Shown piece by piece: positions 32,625 through 41,972 of a stretch of 64,000 nucleotides of DNA. Position 1 is the stretch's first letter. Each line of letters begins with the position of its first letter. The notes beneath the pieces were generated by a model, which was given only the letters and a program-made list of their open reading frames with translations, ran no database searches and was not told where the DNA came from. Location: positions 927 through 64,926 of the forward strand of contig DASYZR010000120.1 in the NCBI GenBank assembly GCA_035945995.1, in the 5' to 3' direction. The DNA is from a bacterium (GTDB lineage Bacteria; Sysuimicrobiota; Sysuimicrobiia; Sysuimicrobiales; Segetimicrobiaceae). The translations under genes and the position numbers were made by a program.

Positions 32625-33434
32625 TCAGCGCCCCAGCCATGGTGCGGCCCACATCGCGACGCCGGAGACGAGCATCGCTACGCCGGCCAGTCTCCCGATA
32701 GGCGGCCCGTGGGGAACGACGTTCTCGATGAAGATCACCGCCGCCAACAGCGCCATCCACCCGAGGTTCATCAAGCCTACGGCAAACAATACGCACATCA
32801 AACCGGCACTGCACCCGACGCACCGTGCGCCGTGAGCCGCGCCCGATCGGAACGCACCAGCTGCGCCCTCCCGCCATTCTTGTTGGAGACGAGCAAGCCG
32901 CGAGCGGCAGTGCTCGAGGCAAGACCGCTTCAGGGAGCTCCACTGGTAGAGTCCGGCGACGATCAAGATGAACCCGCCGATGAAGGGACTGGACGTCCGC
33001 AGCCCGGGCGCCGCCATGCGCACGTCCGGCACGACGAGCGAAAGCATATAGATCCCGGCACCGACGAGGCCCCAGATCGCGAGATATCCGAGGAGGAAGA
33101 GCGAGGTCGCCGCTCCGCGCGGGCCTGCCCGGCGGCGGTCTTGGCCCATCGTCGCAAAGACTGTCGCCGTTGGGGCTACCGAGGGGAACATCATCGCCAC
33201 CATCATCGCAAGCCAGCCCGACAGGAAGGGCACAGCGGAAGACGGTGGAGGCGGCATGTCGGGTATGCCGCCCATACCGCCCATGCTCCGAGCCTGGAAA
33301 ACCATCACCGCCCACGCAACGGCGGCCAACCCTAGCAACGCCGCCCAGACGGCAATCGGGGTGAACGGTGACGGTCCCGAGGATGTCCGCGGGGGCCGGT
33401 ACGGCTCTGCCGTCGACGGGTGGACGTTACTCAT
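32625..33434 (-). CDS. DUF2182-family predicted metal-binding integral membrane protein
   Basis: WLAMMVAMMFPSVAPT, LLGYLAIWGLVG, SLKRSCLEHCRS and GARCVGCSAGLM are typical DUF2182 blocks. Confidence 0.8.
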   Translation of the reverse strand: MSNVHPSTAEPYRPPRTSSGPSPFTPIAVWAALLGLAAVAWAVMVFQARSMGGMGGIPDMPPPPSSAVPFLSGWLAMMVAMMFPSVAPTATVFATMGQDRRRAGPRGAATSLFLLGYLAIWGLVGAGIYMLSLVVPDVRMAAPGLRTSSPFIGGFILIVAGLYQWSSLKRSCLEHCRSRLARLQQEWREGAAGAFRSGAAHGARCVGCSAGLMCVLFAVGLMNLGWMALLAAVIFIENVVPHGPPIGRLAGVAMLVSGVAMWAAPWLGR

Positions 33435-34200
33435 ACCTGTCGTGATGATGCACCCAGTCGGTCAGGTTGTGCCGGGGGCCCGTCTCGTTGCGGCCCTTCG
33501 GCGTCAGGTCGAGCCAGTGGTAGGTGCCGAGCAGCATGTCGCCGCCGCGCGCGTAACTGGAGTAGCTGTGGAAGATGTCGCCGGTCTCGGCCTTGCAGAA
33601 CACGCTGATCCCGAATATCTCGTCGGTCGCCCCAATGCCCTGGAAGTCGAGCACCCCGTAGTTGTAGTAGACCTTGCCCGCGGCCATCTCGTCGTTCGTG
33701 AACGTGACGTGATAATCGTAGTTGAAATCACTTCCGTAGGACGACACCCACTTGAAGCGCCAGCCCATCCGCTTCTTGAAGGCTTCGATCTGGGGCAGCC
33801 GCGCGCGCGAGACTGCCAGCCATGTCACGTCGCGCTGCGCCAGGTGCGCCACCGCGCCGTCCATATGGTCTGCCAGGAACGAGCAATACGGGCACCCCTC
33901 CTCCCAGTCCGGGCCGAGCATGAAATGATAGACGATCAACTGGCTTCGGCCGTCGAACAGGTCGGCGAGCGTTTGCTTGCCCTCGGGCGTGTCGAACACG
34001 TAATTTTTCTCGACCTTGACCCAGGGAAGCTCGCGCCGCTCCCGGCTGAGCGCGTCTCGCTGCCGTGTGAACTCCTTCTCTCTGGTCAGGTGCGCTTTGC
34101 GCGCCTCGAGCCATTCGTCCCTCGAGACGATCGTGTGGCCGATATCGAACGCCTTCATGGCGTTGCCTCCTGTTTGATGGCGCTGCACCTGCTCGCTCAT
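33427..34200 (-). CDS. DUF899 thioredoxin-like family protein
   Basis: SRDEWLEARKAHLTREKEFTRQRDALSRERRELPWV...LIVYHFMLGPDWEEGCPYCSFLADH...SVFCKAETGDIFHSYSSYARG. Confidence 0.85.
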   Translation of the reverse strand: MSEQVQRHQTGGNAMKAFDIGHTIVSRDEWLEARKAHLTREKEFTRQRDALSRERRELPWVKVEKNYVFDTPEGKQTLADLFDGRSQLIVYHFMLGPDWEEGCPYCSFLADHMDGAVAHLAQRDVTWLAVSRARLPQIEAFKKRMGWRFKWVSSYGSDFNYDYHVTFTNDEMAAGKVYYNYGVLDFQGIGATDEIFGISVFCKAETGDIFHSYSSYARGGDMLLGTYHWLDLTPKGRNETGPRHNLTDWVHHHDRYE

Positions 34201-34649
34201 CGGCGACGCTCTGCCCCTTCACGAACCTTGGCGAGAATGTAGCTCCACCCTTGGCCGACGCCCTCTCGATGGGCGGGTGTGATCGGTCCGATCGCCCGAT
34301 GGACCAATGTGAGGCGCGTGTGGCGGCCCTCGGCCGTCAGCCGGTATTGGACGTGGGAGACGGCAGGATACGACATGAACAGCGGCCCGCTGATTTCGAG
34401 AAGCGTGGGCGGCTTGATGACCTGGACATGCCCCCAGAAGTGCCCTGTGTTCTGCCCGAGATCCCGGTACCACCGGCCGCCCGGCCACGGCTCGAGCGTC
34501 ATGGGCATCGGCGACCCCGGCCCCGTCTCGTTGAGCGGCCCGAGATGCTCCAGGAGCGTCTCGAACACGACCTCGATGGGCGCCGCGATCTCTTCCTCCT
34601 TTGTGATCTCCAGCGTGTGCACCGCCTGCTCTGACGTGCTAGTCACCAT
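34197..34649 (-). CDS. SRPBCC/AHSA1 (START-like) domain protein
   Basis: LEITKEEEIAAPIEVVFETLLEHLG...WPGGRWYRDLG...GHVQVIKPPTLLEISG...RLTLVHR. Confidence 0.8.
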   Translation of the reverse strand: MVTSTSEQAVHTLEITKEEEIAAPIEVVFETLLEHLGPLNETGPGSPMPMTLEPWPGGRWYRDLGQNTGHFWGHVQVIKPPTLLEISGPLFMSYPAVSHVQYRLTAEGRHTRLTLVHRAIGPITPAHREGVGQGWSYILAKVREGAERRR

Positions 34650-34863
34650 GGTTACCCCTCCTCGTCTCTGGCTCGTCGTTTTCGCGAGCCGATCGCTCCG
34701 TCATCTTGCGCTCGGCCCGCTCCTTGATTCGGCCGAGCTGCCGGGTCCAGAAGTGCTCAAACCTCTTCACCCAGTCGTGCACCGGCCCCAGCTCCCTCGC
34801 GTCGTGGCCGTGAGTGGCATCGCCTAGCATTATATTCCCATATAGGAATATGTCAAGAGGCAA
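34639..34863 (-). pseudogene. C-terminal remnant of an ArsR/SmtB-type regulator (HTH part missing); possibly a 47-aa leader ORF from GTG 34782
   Basis: HDWVKRFEHFWTRQLGRIKERAERK resembles the C-terminal helix of ArsR regulators that precede SRPBCC genes. The 5' third of the track ORF is the promoter itself. There is no room upstream for a winged helix. Confidence 0.4.
34829..34856 (-). promoter_or_regulatory. consensus sigma70-type promoter TTGACA-N16-TATAAT with an embedded inverted repeat
   Basis: Minus strand reads cctcTTGACAtattcctatatgggaaTATAATgctagg. The -35 is at 34856..34851 and the -10 at 34834..34829. The inverted repeat ATATTCC/GGAATAT (34832..34851) fills the spacer. Only AT-rich island in this stretch. 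Confidence 0.6.
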
Positions 34864-34904
34864 AAACCGGTGGGGGGGAACCGGCGCTTGTCGACCTTAC
34901 CCCT

Positions 34905-36263
34905 TCATGAGAGCGGCGTTTCCGCCCCGGCGCCCGGGAGCCACCGTCCCCACCCCGGCTCTCCGACCGGCCGCCCGTCGCGGGCGACGAGGCGGCCGCG
35001 CACAAACGTCATCACCGGGGTCCCGATCACCTCGCGGCCGGCATACGGCGTCCAGCCGGCCTTGCTCACGACGTCGGCGTCCGCGAGGCGGCGCCGGCGG
35101 GCGGGATCGATCAGCGTGATGTCGGCGTCGGCGCCCGGCGCGAGCGTGCCCTTGCGCGGATAGAACCCGTACAACCTGGCGGGCTGCTCGCAGAGCACGT
35201 CGACGACGCGTTCGAGCGTCACCCGGCCCTGCGCGGCGGCGGTCAGCATGAGAGACAGTGTGGTCTCGACGCCCGGCAGTCCGAAGGGACACGCCCAGAT
35301 GTCCCCGCGGCGTTTCTGCTCCCGGGTGGCCGGCGCGTGGTCCGTGCTGACGTGGGTGATGGCGCCCGACGCGAGCCGCCGCCACATCGCATCCGCGTCG
35401 TCCGGCGTGCGGATCCTCGCGGGCGGCGTGAACTTCCGAAACGGGCCGTGCTCCAGCACCTCGCGCTCCTCGAGGTAGAAGTACTGCGGACAGCTCTCGA
35501 CCCACAGCCGGCCGCCCATGGCCCGCGCGGCCGCGATCGCGTCCACGACCGGCGCATGGCTGGTGTGGGCGATCACCACCCGCGCGCCGGTGAGCCGCGC
35601 CAGGACGGCGACTTCGTCGACCGCGACGGCCTCCGCTTCACGCGCCCGCCACTCCGGAATGACGCCGCCGTCCTGGCGGCCGGCCGCACGCAGAGCGTCG
35701 GCACGGTCGCGCGTGATCGCGTCGTCTTCGCAGTGCGCCAGCACGACCCCGTCCCACCGCGCGACCTCCCGGAGGGCGCGCAGGAGATGCCCGGCGGGGA
35801 CGGCGGGCACGCCGTGGGTCTCACAGGTGAAGATCTTGAGGTACGCGGGCCCCGCGGTCCACAACTCACCCAGATGGGGGACCTGGTCCGGCCAGACATG
35901 CGCGGCGAGGGCAAAGTCGACGAAGGAGCGGCCGGCGAGGTGCGCGACCTTGCCGCGGAGGTCGCCGGCAGTCCGCACCGGGGCAGCGTGTGTGTGCTCG
36001 ACGACCGTCGTCGTGCCGCCGGCCGCGGCGGCGGCGCTGCCGGTGATGAAATCTTCGCGGTCGGTCTCGCCCGGATCCATGAAATGAACGTGACTGTCCA
36101 CGACGCCGGGGATCGCCATGAGTCCGCCGGCGTCCACGACGGTTCGCGCCGGAGTGTCCAGGGTGCCGAGGGCGACGATCGTGCCGCCGGCGACCTGTAG
36201 GTCCGCCCGGTACCGTCCCCGCGGCCCGACTACCGTCGCCCCCCGGACTGCGAGATCGATCAC
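34905..36263 (-). CDS. cyclic amidohydrolase (allantoinase / dihydropyrimidinase / dihydroorotase superfamily)
   Basis: GTG 36263 (GTGA overlap). GVVDSHVHF, AYLKIF, VLAHCED, VIAHTSH, VSTDHAP. Confidence 0.85.
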   Translation of the reverse strand: MIDLAVRGATVVGPRGRYRADLQVAGGTIVALGTLDTPARTVVDAGGLMAIPGVVDSHVHFMDPGETDREDFITGSAAAAAGGTTTVVEHTHAAPVRTAGDLRGKVAHLAGRSFVDFALAAHVWPDQVPHLGELWTAGPAYLKIFTCETHGVPAVPAGHLLRALREVARWDGVVLAHCEDDAITRDRADALRAAGRQDGGVIPEWRAREAEAVAVDEVAVLARLTGARVVIAHTSHAPVVDAIAAARAMGGRLWVESCPQYFYLEEREVLEHGPFRKFTPPARIRTPDDADAMWRRLASGAITHVSTDHAPATREQKRRGDIWACPFGLPGVETTLSLMLTAAAQGRVTLERVVDVLCEQPARLYGFYPRKGTLAPGADADITLIDPARRRRLADADVVSKAGWTPYAGREVIGTPVMTFVRGRLVARDGRPVGEPGWGRWLPGAGAETPLS

Positions 36264-37420
36264 CCAGCCTGCCCCGCCTGCCCCGCCTGCCCCGCCTGCC
36301 CCGCGCCAGACGGGGCGCCAGACGGGGCGCCAGACGGGGCGCCAGACCCCGCGACAAACGGGGCGACCCGGACGACGACGCGGCCGGTCACCCGGTCCTC
36401 TCGGACCATCGCCAGGGCGTCGTTGACGCGCGCGAGCGGCACCTCCTCAGCGACGATCGGCCGCACGAGCCCGCGCGATACCAGGTCGAGCGCCCGGCGC
36501 AATTCCCGGCGGGTCACGTACCGGGAGCCGACGACGCTGATCTCCCCGAGCGCCAGCCGCTCGCTCGGCACCGGCGGATAATCGGCGGCGACGACTGTGT
36601 ACCCGACGAGCACGATGCGCCCCCCGGTCCGGACCAGGTCGGCCGCGGCGAGGAGCGACCCATGGTGGCCGACGGTGTCCACGACGACGTCCGCCCCGCG
36701 GCCGTCCGTGGCCTGCCGCACCGCGTCCGCCGCCCCGTCCCCCGCGAGAAACGCGCCGTCGGCGCCGAGGACGCGCGCCGCGTCCAGGCGGTGGCGTTGC
36801 AGGTCAACCGCGAGGGCGCGCGCCCCCGCGGCCCGCACGACCTCGACCGCGTGCAATCCGACGCCGCCGGCGCCGAGGATCGCTACGGTCTCACCGGCCC
36901 GGACGCCCGCGCGCGTGACCACCGCGCGGTAGGCGGTGCCGAGCGCGCAGGACAGCGGACCGCCGTGCTCGGGCGGCACGTTCACCGGCAACGGCAGCAC
37001 GCAGTCGCCCGGGACGACGAGGTATTCTTGGAAGCCGCCGGGAGAGGTAAAACCCGTCCATCCTTGGAGCCGTTCGCACAGGTTTTCCTCGCCGGCTTGG
37101 CAGCGCGCGCACGTGCGGCAGCCCCAGTAGTTGTAGACGACGACCCGATCGCCGGTGTGCACGCCGGGAGTGGCCCCCGGACCGCCGTCTTGCGCCGGGG
37201 GGCCGAACGCGACGATCTCTCCGGCGATCTCGTGCCCCGGCACGTGGGGCAGCCGGAGCGTCGCGGAAAACGGCATCGCGCCGTCGGCGATCTTGAGGTC
37301 GGACCGGCACACGCCGCACCCAAGCACCCGCACCAGGACCTGTCCCGGCCCGGGAACCGGCTGCGGCAGGTCGATCGGCCGCAGCGGCTCGCCGTATCGC
37401 TCCACCGCCATCGCGCGCAC
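36260..37420 (-). CDS. Zn-dependent alcohol dehydrogenase (MDR family) with a repeat-encoded C-terminal tail
   Basis: GCGVCRSDL, GHEIAGEIV, CRTCARCQAGEENLC, ILGAGGVGL. The tail ...GAPSGAPSGAPSGAGQAGQAGQAGQAG* is encoded by the tandem arrays. AAGGAGGG RBS. Confidence 0.9.
   Translation of the reverse strand: MRAMAVERYGEPLRPIDLPQPVPGPGQVLVRVLGCGVCRSDLKIADGAMPFSATLRLPHVPGHEIAGEIVAFGPPAQDGGPGATPGVHTGDRVVVYNYWGCRTCARCQAGEENLCERLQGWTGFTSPGGFQEYLVVPGDCVLPLPVNVPPEHGGPLSCALGTAYRAVVTRAGVRAGETVAILGAGGVGLHAVEVVRAAGARALAVDLQRHRLDAARVLGADGAFLAGDGAADAVRQATDGRGADVVVDTVGHHGSLLAAADLVRTGGRIVLVGYTVVAADYPPVPSERLALGEISVVGSRYVTRRELRRALDLVSRGLVRPIVAEEVPLARVNDALAMVREDRVTGRVVVRVAPFVAGSGAPSGAPSGAPSGAGQAGQAGQAGQAG
36268..36351. 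repeat. composite tandem array: (CCTGCCCCG)x4 followed by (CGCCAGACGGGG)x3 plus one degenerate copy
   Basis: Direct reading. 9-mers at 36268..36303. 12-mers at 36304..36339, plus the degenerate copy at 36340..36351. Confidence 0.95.
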
Positions 37421-37432
37421 GCGATCCCTCCT

Positions 37433-38473
37433 TCAAAATGCTCTACCGTCGATCGCGATCGCCCCGCGTCCGAGGAGCGTGCCGGCCCGCAGCATCGCGT
37501 GCAGCGCCTCCGCGTCGGCGAGCGGGCGCACGCCGGACACGACCGGCGCGATCCGGCCCTCCTGCACGAGCCGGGCCGCCGCGAGCACCTCGGCCCGCGA
37601 ACAGTAGCGCGATCCCATGATCGTCAGCTCGCCCATCACCATCCGGCGGGTCGCCACGTCGAGCGCGGCGCCTTCCGCGGTGGTGAGCATCACCATCCGG
37701 CCACCGGCCCCGAGCAGGCCGAACGCCCACGCGAGGGTCTCCGGACCGCCGACGAGATCGATCGCCACGGTCGCCCCGCCCGCGAGCGCCGTTCGTGCGC
37801 GATCCTCCGCGTCCGGAGCCCGGAAGTTCACCGCGGCCTCGGCGCCCGCGCGGCGGCAGTGCTCGAGCTTCGCCTCGTCCACGTCCACGGCCACGACGCG
37901 CCCGCCGAACAGCCGCGCCATCTGCACCATGTGAATGCCGACGCCACCACCCGCGCCGATCACGAGCACGCGATCCCCGACCCGGACCGCCGCCCGCGAC
38001 GCGCAGACGTGATACGGCGTCGCCACCGCGTCCGGAATCACCGTCCCGTCGACGAACGGCACGCCGTCCGGCAGCGGCAGCACGTTCGCCTCGGGCAGGC
38101 AGACCAGTTCCGCGTACCCGCCGTCCCGATGCACCCCCACGTACCCGCCGTGGTTCCGGCAGAGCGGCTCGCGGCCGGACCGGCACCATTCGCAGCGCCC
38201 GCAGGTGAGGTAGAAGTAACTCATCACACGGTCCCCGGGGCGGAGGCCGGTCACGCCCGGCCCCGCCTCGACCACGACGCCAGTGAACTCGTGGCCCGGC
38301 ACCCGCGGCAACGGCTCCGGGCGGCCGAGCCGCCCGGCCATGTAGTTGACCACGGTGAGCCCGACGCCGCACGCCCGAACGGCAACGAGCACTTCACCCG
38401 CCCCGGCGACCGGGTCGGGGTGGTCCGCGTAGACGAGCGGACCGCCCCACGCCCGCAGCAGCTGGGCCTTCAC
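37433..38473 (-). CDS. Zn-dependent alcohol dehydrogenase (MDR family)
   Basis: GHEFTGVVVE, CGRCEWCRSGREPLC, VIGAGGGVG. GTG 38473 in a GTGA overlap. Confidence 0.9.
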   Translation of the reverse strand: MKAQLLRAWGGPLVYADHPDPVAGAGEVLVAVRACGVGLTVVNYMAGRLGRPEPLPRVPGHEFTGVVVEAGPGVTGLRPGDRVMSYFYLTCGRCEWCRSGREPLCRNHGGYVGVHRDGGYAELVCLPEANVLPLPDGVPFVDGTVIPDAVATPYHVCASRAAVRVGDRVLVIGAGGGVGIHMVQMARLFGGRVVAVDVDEAKLEHCRRAGAEAAVNFRAPDAEDRARTALAGGATVAIDLVGGPETLAWAFGLLGAGGRMVMLTTAEGAALDVATRRMVMGELTIMGSRYCSRAEVLAAARLVQEGRIAPVVSGVRPLADAEALHAMLRAGTLLGRGAIAIDGRAF

Positions 38474-39192
38474 GGGGTCCCGGCGGGCACCCCGCGGAAC
38501 AGCGTCAAGATCTCATCGGTCTGCAGGACCCAGCCCAGGCAGCGCTGGACGTTCTCGAGTCCCAAGACGTGGAGATCGTCGCCGTACATGCTGGCGACGG
38601 CGTCGGACGCGACGATCACCCGCAGGTCGCGGTTGAACGCGTCGAACGCGGTGCACAGCACGCACGTGTTGGTGTTGATGCCGCAGATCACCACGGTATC
38701 AGCGCCGAGCGCGCGCAGCAGCGTGTCCAGTTCGGTCCCATAGAACGCGCTGAGCCGCTTCTTGCTGCGGATCACGTAGTCGCCCGGCTGCGCGGCGAGC
38801 TCCGGCGGCAGCTCGGTCTGCGGCGAGCCTTCCTGGTTGTGGTGCACGATCGTGCTGCGCCGCCCGGGCGTCATCGACTCCCGCGCCGCCTCGACGGCCT
38901 GCCAAAAGGGATTGCCCATGCTCTCGAGCCCGGGCGGGGTCGTGCGGCGGTACGTCAGTAGGACATAGATCACGGATACCGTGGCCGCCCGCGCGCCTCC
39001 GAGGAGACGCGTCACCGCGGCGCGCACCCGCCGCGCGTCCTCCGGCGCCACGGGCATCGTCGCCACGTCGGGATCGAGATGGCCGCGGTGAACATCCACC
39101 GCGAGCACGACGGTCTTCGCGGGATCAAGGTACAACTGCGCGCGGATCGCCCCGAGAAACGCGCGGCGATCCGGAGGCGCTACACCGGCCAC
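38470..39192 (-). CDS. isochorismatase-family cysteine hydrolase
   Basis: VVLAVDVH (Asp), IRSKKRLSAF (Lys), VICGINTNTCV (Cys). Confidence 0.85.
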   Translation of the reverse strand: MAGVAPPDRRAFLGAIRAQLYLDPAKTVVLAVDVHRGHLDPDVATMPVAPEDARRVRAAVTRLLGGARAATVSVIYVLLTYRRTTPPGLESMGNPFWQAVEAARESMTPGRRSTIVHHNQEGSPQTELPPELAAQPGDYVIRSKKRLSAFYGTELDTLLRALGADTVVICGINTNTCVLCTAFDAFNRDLRVIVASDAVASMYGDDLHVLGLENVQRCLGWVLQTDEILTLFRGVPAGTP

Positions 39193-39213
39193 GACGCGCT
39201 CCCCGTCACCCGG

Positions 39214-40464
39214 TCACCGGCCGCACCCGTTGCAGGGCGGGTACGTGCGCGAGTAGACGGGGTGCGCGAGAAACTCCTCCGGCTTGTAGGTCCAGAACTG
39301 CGAGACGCTGTGGTACGTGTAGATGATCACGTTGGCCAACTCGCCGTTGACCTGCTCGACCTTCCGGACGTACACGTTCTGCACGGGGTTGCCGTAGGCG
39401 TCGAGCCGCACGGGCCCCCGGGGCGCGTCGGGAATCGTGATCCCGCGCATGAGCGTGGCGAACGCGGCGCCGTCCGTAATGTCGCCGTGGACGGCCTGGA
39501 GCGCCCGGTCGAGGAACATCATCCCTACGTAAGTCCCGTCCGCGTAGTAGGACGGGACGTGTCCGTTCGCCGCCTTGTACGCCGCCACGAACGCCTTGTT
39601 CGCCGGCGTGTCGAGCGTCGCGCTGTACTGCAGCGCCGTGATCGTCCCGATCGCCGGCGTGCCGGTCGCCGCGAGCGTACTCTCGTCGGTGGCGTTCCCC
39701 TGGCACACCAGCGGCATCTTCAGGCCGAAGGCCCGGTACTGCCTGAAGAACGCGATCGCGGTCGACCCGGAAAAACTGCAGAGCACGGCATCGACGTCGC
39801 GCGGGATCTGCGAGAGGTAGGCCGAGAAGTCGTTCGTCGTCTGCGGCGTCCAGATCTCCTTGACGACCGTGCCGCCGTCCTGCTGGAAGGTCTGCACGAA
39901 CCCGCTGATGCTCTGCCAGCCGAACTCGAAGTCGTAGGCGATCGCGGCCACCTTGCGGTAGCGCAGGGTCTTGTAGGCGTAGTCGCCGAGCGGCTGCGTG
40001 GGCTGGCTGCTCGTCCAGCCGGTGCGGACGATGTAGGGGCTGCGCTTGCGCTGCGTGAGGTCGTCGGCGGAGACGATCGGGTAGACGGCCGGGATCTTGT
40101 GCTGGTCGATGTACGGCACCAGCGCCGAGCCGACCGCGGCGTTGAGCGGTCCAAAGAGCACGGTCGCGCCGTCCTGCTCGACGAGCCGCCGCGCCTGGGT
40201 CAGGCCGACCGACGGATTGCCGGCTGTGTCGCCGATCACGACCTGCACGTCACGGCCGCCGAGCTTGTTGCCGTGCTGCTTCAGGTAGAGCTCGAATCCT
40301 TCGCGCATGAACTTCCCCGGCGCCGCGAGATAGCCGGTCTCCGGGATGATCACGCCGATCTTGAGCGGCGCCGGCATGGCCGCCGGCCACGCCGCACCCG
40401 AGACGCCGAGCACCAGCAACAGCACGAGCGACGCGCTGAGTCGCTTCACGCCCCTACCCCCCAT
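39214..40464 (-). CDS. ABC substrate-binding protein, HAAT (LivK/LivJ-like) family
   Basis: Signal peptide RLSASLVLLLVLGVSGAAWPAA. KIGVIIPETGYLAAPG..., type-I periplasmic binding fold pattern. GGGAGGA RBS. Confidence 0.9.
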   Translation of the reverse strand: MGGRGVKRLSASLVLLLVLGVSGAAWPAAMPAPLKIGVIIPETGYLAAPGKFMREGFELYLKQHGNKLGGRDVQVVIGDTAGNPSVGLTQARRLVEQDGATVLFGPLNAAVGSALVPYIDQHKIPAVYPIVSADDLTQRKRSPYIVRTGWTSSQPTQPLGDYAYKTLRYRKVAAIAYDFEFGWQSISGFVQTFQQDGGTVVKEIWTPQTTNDFSAYLSQIPRDVDAVLCSFSGSTAIAFFRQYRAFGLKMPLVCQGNATDESTLAATGTPAIGTITALQYSATLDTPANKAFVAAYKAANGHVPSYYADGTYVGMMFLDRALQAVHGDITDGAAFATLMRGITIPDAPRGPVRLDAYGNPVQNVYVRKVEQVNGELANVIIYTYHSVSQFWTYKPEEFLAHPVYSRTYPPCNGCGR

Positions 40465-40518
40465 CGTGACATCCTCCCGAATCCGTCCTTCGCTGGCCGC
40501 GCCACGCCCTCCCGCGCG

Positions 40519-41223
40519 TCACACGCCGAGGTGGCGCCGGCGAATTTCGTCGTCCTTCGCGATCTCGCCGGCGGAGGCCTGATGCACGACCTGTCCCCGG
40601 CTCAGCAGATAGCAGGTATGCGCGACGGCGAGCGCGAGCGGCAGGTTCTGCTCGACCAGCAGGATCGCGAGGCCCCCCTGCGCCAGCTGCGCGATCGCGT
40701 CCTTGAGGTCGCGGACGATGAGCGGCGCCAGCCCCTCGGACGGCTCGTCCATCAACAGCAGCGCCGGGTTGGTCATCAGCGCGCGCCCGATCGCGAGCAT
40801 CTGCTGCTCGCCCCCCGAGAGCTGCCCGCCGAGATGCCCGCGCCGCTCGAGGAGCCGGGGAAAGAGGCCGTAGACCCGGTCGAGGGTCCAGCGGCCGTCG
40901 CCGTGGGCGACCACGCGCAGCTGCTCCTCGACGGTCAGGGACGGAAAGATCCGGCGTCCCTGCGGCACGAGCCCGATCCCCTGCCGCGCGATCGCGTGGC
41001 TCGGCAACCGCTGGATCTCCCTGCCGGCGAAGACGATCCGGCCCCGCCGGGGCGGGGTGAAGCCGATCACCGACCGGATCAACGTGGTCTTGCCCATCCC
41101 GTTGCGGCCGAGCAGGGCGGTGACCTCGCCCGCGGGAACGGTGAGGGTCACGCCGTGCAACACGTGGTTGTCGCCGTAGTAGGTGTGGATGTCCGCCAGG
41201 GAGAGCAGGGCGTCCGCGGTCAC
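40519..41223 (-). CDS. ABC ATPase, LivF-like
   Basis: GTG 41223 (GTGA overlap). GRNGMGKTT Walker A, LSGGEQQMLAIGRAL, LLLMDEPSEGL. The N-terminal 158 aa of the track ORF are rejected. Confidence 0.9.
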   Translation of the reverse strand: MTADALLSLADIHTYYGDNHVLHGVTLTVPAGEVTALLGRNGMGKTTLIRSVIGFTPPRRGRIVFAGREIQRLPSHAIARQGIGLVPQGRRIFPSLTVEEQLRVVAHGDGRWTLDRVYGLFPRLLERRGHLGGQLSGGEQQMLAIGRALMTNPALLLMDEPSEGLAPLIVRDLKDAIAQLAQGGLAILLVEQNLPLALAVAHTCYLLSRGQVVHQASAGEIAKDDEIRRRHLGV

Positions 41224-41972
41224 ACCACGCCTCCGAGATAGATCTCCTGCACGGTCGCGTCGGCGCGGATCTCCGCCGGCGCGCCCTCGGCCACCACCGC
41301 CCCGTGGTGCAGGACCGTGATCCGCTCGACGATGTCGAACACGACGTCCATGTCGTGCTCGATCAGCACGATCGTCACGTCGCGCGGGTAGGTGCGGAGC
41401 ATCGCGGTGACGAGCGTCGCGTCGCCCGGCGCGAGGCCGGCGGTCGGCTCGTCGAGCAGCAGCAGCGTGGGCCGCTGCGCGATGGCGAGCAGGATCTCGA
41501 CCTGCCGTTGCTCGCCGTGGCCCAGCATGCGCACCGGCCAGTCGGCCCGCTCGTCGAGCTGCACCTGCGCGAGAAGCCGGAGGGCCTCGTCTCGCAGGTC
41601 CGTATACCGTTCGAGCGGCACGAGGCACTGGTAGCGGACCGGACGCAGCGCGGCGAGCGAGAGCATCACGTTGTCGACGACGCGCAGCCGCGGACACAGC
41701 ATCGTCGTCTGAAACGTCCGGGCGATCCCGAGCCGCGCCCGGCGATACGGCGGAAACGACGTGATGTCGCGTCCGAGGAGCCGTACGGCCCCGGCGCTCG
41801 GCCTGACCTCGCCCGAGATCGCGTTGAAGAGCGTGCTTTTGCCGGCGCCGTTCGGGCCGATGATTCCCCGGCGTTCGCCGGCCATCACCGTCATCGACAC
41901 GTTGTCGAGCGCCCGCAGACTGCCGAAACGGACCGAGAGGCCACGGACGTCCAACGACGGCACCGCGGTCAC
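41220..41972 (-). CDS. ABC ATPase, LivG-like
   Basis: GTG 41972 (GTGA overlap). GPNGAGKST, LGHGEQRQVEILLA, LLLLDEPTAGL. Confidence 0.9.
   Translation of the reverse strand: MTAVPSLDVRGLSVRFGSLRALDNVSMTVMAGERRGIIGPNGAGKSTLFNAISGEVRPSAGAVRLLGRDITSFPPYRRARLGIARTFQTTMLCPRLRVVDNVMLSLAALRPVRYQCLVPLERYTDLRDEALRLLAQVQLDERADWPVRMLGHGEQRQVEILLAIAQRPTLLLLDEPTAGLAPGDATLVTAMLRTYPRDVTIVLIEHDMDVVFDIVERITVLHHGAVVAEGAPAEIRADATVQEIYLGGVV

Noticed and set aside
34639-34863. Annotating the 74-aa ORF as an intact ArsR-family regulator
   Set aside because: There is no helix-turn-helix segment. Its first third coincides with the -35/-10 promoter hexamers, and there is no upstream space. It is treated as a remnant or leader instead.
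36268-36351. Possible CRISPR array or minisatellite at the ADH 3' end (and at 41981..42034)
   Set aside because: The units are 9 and 12 nt, directly abutting with no spacers, and lie inside coding tails. This is not a CRISPR architecture. They are kept as tandem repeats instead.
36662-41241. Long + strand ORFs 36662..38743 (693 aa) and 39079..41241 (720 aa)
   Set aside because: They are antisense to the ADH, ADH, isochorismatase, LivK and LivF genes, and their composition is dominated by R/P/G/D/H. The same reasoning applies to 7176..8903, 17149..18951, 22273..23940, 54121..55566 and 58798..60405.
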